A DNA stretch of 64,000 nt, taken from positions 4,576,001 through 4,640,000 of the forward strand of contig OY970067.1 in assembly GCA_963705305.1 (NCBI GenBank), given 5' to 3'. The notes beneath the pieces are model-generated. The model ran no database searches and had not been told where the DNA came from. It saw only the letters and a list, made by a program, of their open reading frames with translations. A program made the position numbers and the translations under genes. This DNA comes from an uncultured Methylomirabilota bacterium (lineage in GTDB: Bacteria; Methylomirabilota; Methylomirabilia; Methylomirabilales; 2-02-FULL-66-22). Of the stretch, positions 57,742 through 64,000 are shown piece after piece (within the stretch, counting starts at the first letter, position 1; each line of letters starts with the position of its first letter).

Positions 57742-58488
57742 CTACACCAGCCCCCCGTCGACCGAAAATACCTGGCCGGTGATGTACGCGGCATACTCCG
57801 ATGCCAGGAACACCACCAGAGGCGCGACATCTTCCGGACGGCCGATCCGGCGGACGGGGACGCGATCGCGAATCATCTCCTCGGCGTACGGCGCCACCCT
57901 GCGGCTCATGTCCGTCTCGATGAGTCCGGGGGCAACGGCATTCACGGTGACCCCTTTGGGGCCCAACTCCGTCGCCATCACCCTGGTGAGCCCGTTGACG
58001 GCGGCCTTGGCTGCGGCATAATTCCCCTGCCCCTTGTTGCCGCGCCAGGCGCTCACGGAGCTTACGTTGATGATCCGGCCCCATTTCTTTCGCATCATAT
58101 GCGGGGCGGCCAGCCGCGAGCAATGGAAAACTCCGGACAGGTTGGTATCCAGAACCGACCGCCAATCCTCCGCGGACATTTCGGGGACCAGAGCGTCCCG
58201 GACGATGCCGGCGTTATTGACCAGAACATCCAGGCGAGTGTGCCGTCGGACTACCTCCGCGATCATGGCCGAGACCTCTTGCTCGTCTCGGATGTCCGTT
58301 TGCCAGACCCAGGCTGCCCCCCCTTTTCCTTCGATCTCGGCCACGACCGATGCGGCGGCGGCGTTTTCCTGATGGTAGTTCACCACGACCGAGGCCCCGG
58401 CCCCGGCCAAGCCCCTGGCGATCGCGGCACCGATTCCACGCGACGCCCCGGTCACCAGAGCCACTTTTCCGCTCAAATCGACGCGCAC
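57742..58488 (-). CDS. fabG: 3-oxoacyl-ACP reductase
   Basis: [37 protein letters not shown] before GTG at 58488. Confidence 0.9.
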   Translation of the reverse strand: MRVDLSGKVALVTGASRGIGAAIARGLAGAGASVVVNYHQENAAAASVVAEIEGKGGAAWVWQTDIRDEQEVSAMIAEVVRRHTRLDVLVNNAGIVRDALVPEMSAEDWRSVLDTNLSGVFHCSRLAAPHMMRKKWGRIINVSSVSAWRGNKGQGNYAAAKAAVNGLTRVMATELGPKGVTVNAVAPGLIETDMSRRVAPYAEEMIRDRVPVRRIGRPEDVAPLVVFLASEYAAYITGQVFSVDGGLV

Positions 58489-58531
58489 TATCCCTCCACA
58501 CGGCCCCTGGCCGGATGACATCCCATTCGGC

Positions 58532-59818
58532 CTACGCGGATCGGGTGACCACGACCGATGCCGCCTCTCCAAAAGCGCCCAGGGCGTTCACCAACGCGGT
58601 GCGGAGCCCCGGACGGGGTTCGGCCGACCGGCCGGAGAGCCGCAGGCCGCATTCGGGGTCGCGATCGTCGCAGGATGGGCTCGGCGGAAGAATTCCGTGC
58701 TCCAGGGCCACGAGGGCGGTGACGACATCGAGGGGGGCCGCCGCGGACACCAGACTCCCGTGGGCACCCTTGGTGGCGAACACGGCGGGGCTCCCGGGCT
58801 GCAAGCCTGCGATGTCGCAGATGGCGCCGCTCTCCGCCCAGTCGTTCACCCGGGTGGAATCCCCGTTGGCGGAGATCAAATCCACCCCGTTCACGCCGCC
58901 GTCGTCCAGCGCCCGCCGCATGGCGGACCGGCTGCTCTGGAGCACTCGCTCCCGCGTCCCGTCTCCGACAGCCGCACCAAAGCCGGTCACCTCTCCCCGC
59001 TGGCGTGCCCCGCGCCGGCAGGCGTGCTCATACGCCTCGAGAATCAGGATGGCCGCACCCTCACCGACCACCAGGCCGCGCCGCTCCCGGCCGAATGGAC
59101 GACAGGTGCGCTGCGGGATCTGGTCCGGATCGGCCAGAAGCCCGGTGGCGCACAGATCGGCAAACACGAGGTCGTCCAGCGGAGCCTCCGTCCCTCCGCA
59201 GACGACCAGGTCCGCATGGCCTTCGCGGATCGCGGTCATGGCCTGGCCGATGGCATTCATGCCTCCAGTCCAGCCGTCTGCCACCGTCCGGCACAGCCCC
59301 CGGAGACCAAAGTGGATGGCAATATGGCCGGCCGTGAGGTTGGGCACGATCTTCAGCGACATGTCCAGAGGGTTGACCGATTTCATGGCGCTGCCGAGCG
59401 CCCGCCCCAAGTTCACCCGCTCCGGATTCTCCGCCGACTCCAGACCGGGCAGCAGTCGCAGGATCGTCTGGACGGGATACGGGATGAAGAGCGTGGCGAG
59501 AATCACCCCGGCCCGCGTCGGGTCCTCCACGGGGGCCGCGAGTCCGGCATCCTCCGCCGCCAGGAGCGCCGCGATCATCGCAAAGACGGTGGCTCGGTTG
59601 TACAGCTTGATTTGTTTGCGCGGGAGACGGGAGAGGCAGGCGGCCAGCTCATCCGCCGGAGCCTCTGCGGCAACATCAACGGGGAATCCCAGCGAAGATA
59701 ATCGCTGGAGGCGCGTGACGGCCGCCCGCCCCTCGAGGAGGCCCTCCCAGTGTCTGGAGGTGCCGATCCCCAGAGGCGATACGACCCCCATGCCGGTCAC
59801 CACTACCCGCCTGGACAT
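58532..59818 (-). CDS. Non-catalytic ketosynthase homolog (chain-length-factor-like)
   Basis: KS fold ([28 protein letters not shown]) but all triad positions are lost: ADGWTGG (Cys), SANGDST (His), KGAHGSL (His). Confidence 0.82.
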   Translation of the reverse strand: MSRRVVVTGMGVVSPLGIGTSRHWEGLLEGRAAVTRLQRLSSLGFPVDVAAEAPADELAACLSRLPRKQIKLYNRATVFAMIAALLAAEDAGLAAPVEDPTRAGVILATLFIPYPVQTILRLLPGLESAENPERVNLGRALGSAMKSVNPLDMSLKIVPNLTAGHIAIHFGLRGLCRTVADGWTGGMNAIGQAMTAIREGHADLVVCGGTEAPLDDLVFADLCATGLLADPDQIPQRTCRPFGRERRGLVVGEGAAILILEAYEHACRRGARQRGEVTGFGAAVGDGTRERVLQSSRSAMRRALDDGGVNGVDLISANGDSTRVNDWAESGAICDIAGLQPGSPAVFATKGAHGSLVSAAAPLDVVTALVALEHGILPPSPSCDDRDPECGLRLSGRSAEPRPGLRTALVNALGAFGEAASVVVTRSA

Positions 59819-59854
59819 TTTGCCGTAACCGCCCACCCCGACGAAGCCTCCCGA

Positions 59855-60358
59855 TCAAGGGCGATTCTCAGCCCGCCCTACCAGTTCCAGCCAGCGCGTA
59901 AGGATCTCCTCAGTCTTGGGGCCCAGGGTCGCTGCCATCGGGACGCAAAGGTAGAGGACGTCCGCTTCCGCCACGCACCTGGCCGAAACGAAGCCCGAGG
60001 CTCTCATCTGGGCCAGCGCGCCGGCGCTGCCCGGGCTTTCTGCTCCGCCCCAGTCGCCCTGAGTCTCCTCCAGGCGCGACCTGACGGTGAAGCGGTCGCC
60101 GGCGAGCACCTCGCCCGGGAAGGTCGCCCGCGCAACCTTCAGCAGGAGCGCGTTCATTCGGTACCCGCTCCTGATGGCCAGGAGAAACGACCCGGCCGAC
60201 ACCATCGTTTCCAGGACCAGCGAGGCCGGTACCTTGCACTCCGATCGGAACGTTCCTTGAAAATAATCCTCCGTCCGCGGGAAGCTTTTCTCCACCAGGA
60301 TCGTCCCCGCCCCATGGGCGTCGATCTCGAGGATGCGATCGCCGAAGTGATAATGCAT
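59855..60358 (-). CDS. FabZ-like hotdog protein lacking catalytic His
   Basis: FGDRIL, EDYFQGTF...VPASLVLETM, ATFPGEVLAGD; HF replaced by TF. Confidence 0.7.
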   Translation of the reverse strand: MHYHFGDRILEIDAHGAGTILVEKSFPRTEDYFQGTFRSECKVPASLVLETMVSAGSFLLAIRSGYRMNALLLKVARATFPGEVLAGDRFTVRSRLEETQGDWGGAESPGSAGALAQMRASGFVSARCVAEADVLYLCVPMAATLGPKTEEILTRWLELVGRAENRP

Positions 60359-60427
60359 TCGGGCTCGCTGGGGAGGCGGCAGCCGCCCACACGGACATCC
60401 GCCCCCAGACAATTCGCCGATTCGGGA

Positions 60428-60530
60428 TCACGCCGTTTTGGTGAACACCGCTTCGAGCCGTGCCGGCTTCCCCTCGAAGACCCGCCGCACCTCCGACACC
60501 TGGACGAGGTCCAGGCCGATCTGCGGGTGG
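60428..60530 (-). pseudogene. acpS: Truncated holo-ACP synthase (AcpS) remnant
   Basis: QIGLDLVQVSEVRRVFEGKPARLEAVFTKTA* resembles the AcpS N-terminus (GxDxV...F..VFT) and then stops; no ARFAAKEA downstream. Confidence 0.55.
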
Positions 60531-60650
60531 CAGGGCCGAACATCCCCCGCATTTCCCGACCGTCGCCTCGCTCCGCCCCAGAAATGGGGAGACGGCAGCC
60601 GCACGGGCAGAAGCGCAGCCAACCCGACGGACGCCGGAACGCCCGTCGAT

Positions 60651-61421
60651 TCATCCCGGGACAGGGATCCTCCAACCGGAGAAGCCATAGCTGGAATTGT
60701 CCGGATCGAAATCCCGACCCGGAAGGCCCGGATTGAGGTGCAGTCTGGAGTAGGTATAATCTTCGACGAGTCGGTCCTCCCAATCGTACACCACAACCCG
60801 AATGGGAAGACCGGTTTCCTCGTCGAACGAAAGAATGACTCGATAGCCGTAGTATCCGGCCCCCGCGTCCTTTGGCAGGATGCTTTCGATCGTATGGACG
60901 GGGCGCCCGCCTACCTCCCCTAACCCGCGGTCCAGCACCTGCAGGACATCGTTCCGAGCTGCCCGCCGGGCGTTCTCTCCGACGATCTCCAAGAGCCGTC
61001 CGATGCCGACATCGGTCACCGGATGCCGACTCTTCTCCATGACCCGCCGGTCCCCCGGCTCTAGGGCCGCCGTGAAGAAACGGCGCAGGACCCCCCGCGG
61101 CTCGTACACCAGGAATCTCCCGTCATAGGCCCCCCGCACGTAGAGACCTTCCCGACCCTTGCCGGGGCCATCGAGCCAGTGCATGTAGACCTTGAAGGGG
61201 CGCTGGAACTTCAGCAGAATTCTCTCCTCAGGAAGAAGGACGCCCTGGACGCGCTCGTGGCTGATCATAATGGCGGTGTAGTCATAGACGCCGGCGTAGC
61301 GTTGCTCGGCCCGTTCCAAGAGCTGCATGAGCTCGGCGGGGCCGGCCGCCAGGACCGGGGAGGCCACACCCAGGATCAGCGCACATACCGGGGCAAGGAT
61401 GCCCGTCCACAAGCGACACAT
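60651..61421 (-). CDS. DUF1571-like exported protein (LolA-like fold)
   Basis: Signal peptide (VLA-AG), DYTA...ERV.G.L, KFQRPFKVYMHW, SRHPVTDVGIG, GLPIRV..YDW, EDYTY. Confidence 0.75.
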   Translation of the reverse strand: MCRLWTGILAPVCALILGVASPVLAAGPAELMQLLERAEQRYAGVYDYTAIMISHERVQGVLLPEERILLKFQRPFKVYMHWLDGPGKGREGLYVRGAYDGRFLVYEPRGVLRRFFTAALEPGDRRVMEKSRHPVTDVGIGRLLEIVGENARRAARNDVLQVLDRGLGEVGGRPVHTIESILPKDAGAGYYGYRVILSFDEETGLPIRVVVYDWEDRLVEDYTYSRLHLNPGLPGRDFDPDNSSYGFSGWRIPVPG

Positions 61422-61561
61422 GCATATTCCCCTGCATGACCGTGGCGTCACAGTCCGCAGGCGATCCGAGTAATCGGAACAGCGGCATTCAAAACTTGAA
61501 ATATACGCAAGAAGGGAGGACAAGTCCAGCCAAAACCCAGCCGGCTAGGCCGAGCGCTCAC

Positions 61562-62899
61562 TCATCCCCCCCCGGGGAAATCACGCTCGTCCACCAGGCG
61601 CCGCAGTTTTCGCCCCGTCCGCAGCGTCCCCGGCGCATACATGCGGACCTGGATTTCGCACATCCGTTGTTGGGTCTTGGCCCACAGCGCCGGGTACCGC
61701 TCGGATAGCTGCTGACGGATGCGGGCGCCGACCGCCTCGGCCGCGGCGCCTCCCCCTTCCCCCTCCAGCCGGAATTCGAATGCGGGCCTGAGACCCTCCT
61801 GCCGGAGGGCGACTTGCCACTCGTCTCCCACGCCTTCAGCCCCTCGGAGGAGATCCTCGAAAAAATCGGGGTGGACATCTCCCCACACGCACGCGATGAC
61901 CTCGTCGCTTCGACCGCGTATGGCCGACAGCCGGCGAAACGGCAGCCCGCACGAGCATCGCCCCGGGAGAAAACGGGCAACATCACGAGTCCGGTACCTG
62001 ATGAGGGGCATCACACGACGGGTGAGCGTGGTAAAAACGATCTCTCCGAATCCCTCCGCATCCGGGTTCAGCACCTCGATCGCGTAATCGTACTCGTTGA
62101 GGTGGTACCCGTCCTTGGCCGGACACTCCGCGCCCAGGCTGGCTCCCAGCTCGGTGCTGCCGTAGGTCATGTACAGGGGGGCCCGCCAGTATTCCTCTAT
62201 CATCCGGCGGAAGCGCTCGGTCACTCGCTCCGCCCCCGACGCGAAGGCTTTGAGGGGAGCCCGGACACCTCGCTCCATGGCGATCTCGGTGAACCGCGAG
62301 ATCCAAAATGGATCGGCAATGACGACGGTGAAACCGTACGCGCCCAGACGATCGACCGCCTCGCCGGGATCCACGAGTCCCGGGCACATGCCGAACAGCC
62401 CGCTCTGCGCCATGACTCGCTGGGTGTAGAGCCCCCCGAGCCCCCAGGCATAATCGAAGGCGCCCACGATCCGGTCCTGCGGACCGACCCCGATCATTCC
62501 CAGGAAGATCAGCCCCTGGCGCGCCACGTACTCGATCTCGGCGTGGGAGAAGTACACCCGGGTCACTCGGCCGGTCGTTCCGGAGCTCTCGAGGGCCATC
62601 TCCGGCCTGCCGCACAGCAGCGTCTCGGGGGGGGCTCCGCGGATCTCTTCCGGTGTGGTTTCGACGCCGGCGAGGTCGGCCAGACCCCTCACGGCTCGAG
62701 GCAGGATCCCGGCGGCCTTGAACTTCTCTCGATAGAACGGCGACCGGGCTCCCACCAGGCGGATCGTCCTGCGCAGCGACCCTCGCCGCAGCGCGTTCAT
62801 GACCGGCAGGGGCATCCGCCGCACCATCGACAGGAGCCTGGCGGGGGACCCCTTTCCGGCGCGCATCACGAGGGAGTTTGCAAGCCGTGCGATCGACAT
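61562..62899 (-). CDS. Phenylacetate-CoA ligase-like (PaaK family) adenylating enzyme
   Basis: SPFYREKF, ESSGTTG, YGSTELG, ECP, TTLTRRVMPLIRYRTRD, GRSDE, GKLRRLVDER. Confidence 0.85.
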   Translation of the reverse strand: MSIARLANSLVMRAGKGSPARLLSMVRRMPLPVMNALRRGSLRRTIRLVGARSPFYREKFKAAGILPRAVRGLADLAGVETTPEEIRGAPPETLLCGRPEMALESSGTTGRVTRVYFSHAEIEYVARQGLIFLGMIGVGPQDRIVGAFDYAWGLGGLYTQRVMAQSGLFGMCPGLVDPGEAVDRLGAYGFTVVIADPFWISRFTEIAMERGVRAPLKAFASGAERVTERFRRMIEEYWRAPLYMTYGSTELGASLGAECPAKDGYHLNEYDYAIEVLNPDAEGFGEIVFTTLTRRVMPLIRYRTRDVARFLPGRCSCGLPFRRLSAIRGRSDEVIACVWGDVHPDFFEDLLRGAEGVGDEWQVALRQEGLRPAFEFRLEGEGGGAAAEAVGARIRQQLSERYPALWAKTQQRMCEIQVRMYAPGTLRTGRKLRRLVDERDFPGGG

Positions 62900-63085
62900 C
62901 AGCCGCACACCGCCTTCGTCCCGCTGGAGCGCCGTCCAAAGCAGGAGGAGAGCCGTCGCGAAACCGGGCTGATTCCCCGACAGGCAGGATGTTCCTGGGG
63001 CCAGCCGAAATTTCCGAGCGAGGGCGACCCCATCATTCACGAGCCCCGCGGCTGGCACCCGCCTCGCGCCCCCGCCCGGGTAATC

Positions 63086-64000
63086 TCAGTACTTGACCTG
63101 CAGGGCCGCCCCCCATGCCTTGCCATCCGCCAGGGGAACGATAGACACCGGCGAGTTGCGGCGCTCTTTGTTCAAATACACAACCGCCTTCCCCACCGCC
63201 GTCCCGATGGCCGCCGCCAGCAGGGCGTCCGACGCCCAGTGCTTGTCTTCATAGATCCGGGCCGCTCCCACTCCCCCAGCCAGGCCGTAGACCAGCGTGC
63301 TGACCCACGGATTGTCCGCGTGCTCGGCGATGACCGCGGCCGCCGTGAATGCCTCGGCGGTGTGGAAGGAGGGCATGGAGCCGCTGATGTTGAAGGGACG
63401 GTAATCCTGGGAGCCCCGCTCGTCTGCCGGCTGGCTGCGCCCGATCAGGAACTTCATCGGATATACGAGCATCGCGTTGGTGAGGATACTGGCCTCTAGG
63501 CCATCTGCAGCCTGCTGCTTCGCCTCCTGGTCGTGGAAGGCCTCGCCCGCCACGTACGAGCCGACCAGTCCCACCGCCGGCGCGATGAGTGCGAAGTTCG
63601 TCCAGGCGTTCGCCACTCGGTCCCCTGTGCGGCTCCGGTTGTCTTGCGCGAAGTCCCGGATGTCATGATCCAGCAGCATGGCCCCGCCCGTGGCGGCGGC
63701 CACGCCGCCGGCGATGAGCCAGTCCTTGCCGTCCCACCGGAGGGGGGACGTTGCGATATCCCATCCGTCTCCGATGACCTTGCCGGCGTATCTCCACGAA
63801 AGAATCTCGTCCGGATCCGAGGATTTCGGCGGCGGGGCCAACGGAGGCAGCGACCCCGGCGGGAGGGTGGCCCGCTCTCCGGCCCCGTAGGAGCGGTCGA
63901 AGGTGTAGGTGGCCTCGACGGTTTGCACAAAGTTGGGGCCGCTGTTTCCCACGACAAAATCCCGGTTCTCGTCATATTCGAATCGCGTTCCGAATCGGAA
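63086..64000 (-). CDS. PAP2-family phosphatase domain, C-terminal part of a longer protein (5' end off window)
   Basis: KFLIGRSQP, SMPSFH, ARIYEDKHWASD; frame is open to the window edge (FRFGTRFEYDENRDFVVG...). Confidence 0.75.
   Translation of the reverse strand, partial: FRFGTRFEYDENRDFVVGNSGPNFVQTVEATYTFDRSYGAGERATLPPGSLPPLAPPPKSSDPDEILSWRYAGKVIGDGWDIATSPLRWDGKDWLIAGGVAAATGGAMLLDHDIRDFAQDNRSRTGDRVANAWTNFALIAPAVGLVGSYVAGEAFHDQEAKQQAADGLEASILTNAMLVYPMKFLIGRSQPADERGSQDYRPFNISGSMPSFHTAEAFTAAAVIAEHADNPWVSTLVYGLAGGVGAARIYEDKHWASDALLAAAIGTAVGKAVVYLNKERRNSPVSIVPLADGKAWGAALQVKY

Noticed and set aside
54442..62899. Calling the cluster ladderane or aryl polyene biosynthesis
   Set aside because: No radical SAM, methyltransferase, glycosyltransferase or acyltransferase genes are in the window, so the product cannot be assigned.
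1..64000. tRNA, rRNA, riboswitches
   Set aside because: None recognised by eye in the intergenic regions; a covariance-model scan would be needed to exclude them.

Overview
A high-GC bacterial chromosome segment. Gene content suggests an NC10/Methylomirabilota- or deltaproteobacteria-like diderm; this is inference, not confirmed. From left to right it contains: (1) housekeeping genes (pheA, rluB, scpB/scpA, comEA, lysC, plsY, pgsA) with an SgmX-like TPR protein and an ExeA-type ATPase; (2) the lptC-lptA-lptB-rpoN-hpf-hprK-rapZ-EIIA-HPr cluster; (3) a block of apparently inactive enzymes (wHTH-MNT, HEPN, aldehyde dehydrogenase) around two 16-17 aa Lys-rich micro-ORFs with near-perfect Shine-Dalgarno sites; (4) a NikR-regulated nickel ECF transporter, next to an Nfu/NifU-type gene absent from the ORF track that has an in-frame TGA in its CxxC motif and a SECIS-like hairpin (probable selenoprotein); (5) a double ABC-transporter/nucleoside hydrolase operon; (6) a sigma54 nitrogen-regulatory island (NifA-like activator, APC permease-PP2C-Ser/Thr kinase operon, atypical PII without Tyr51, beta-barrel, NtrBC); (7) pepF and a squalene/phytoene synthase; (8) a type II FAS/PKS-like cluster with a KS/inactive-KS pair, DH/inactive-DH pair, an oversized ACP and a PaaK-like ligase. 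A MITE-like repeat occurs three times at gene 3' ends. Four genes carry +1 frameshifts at GACGTC or GATC motifs, probably methylation-linked sequencing errors. No rRNA, tRNA or CRISPR array was seen. All family calls come from motif recognition by eye; no database search was run.
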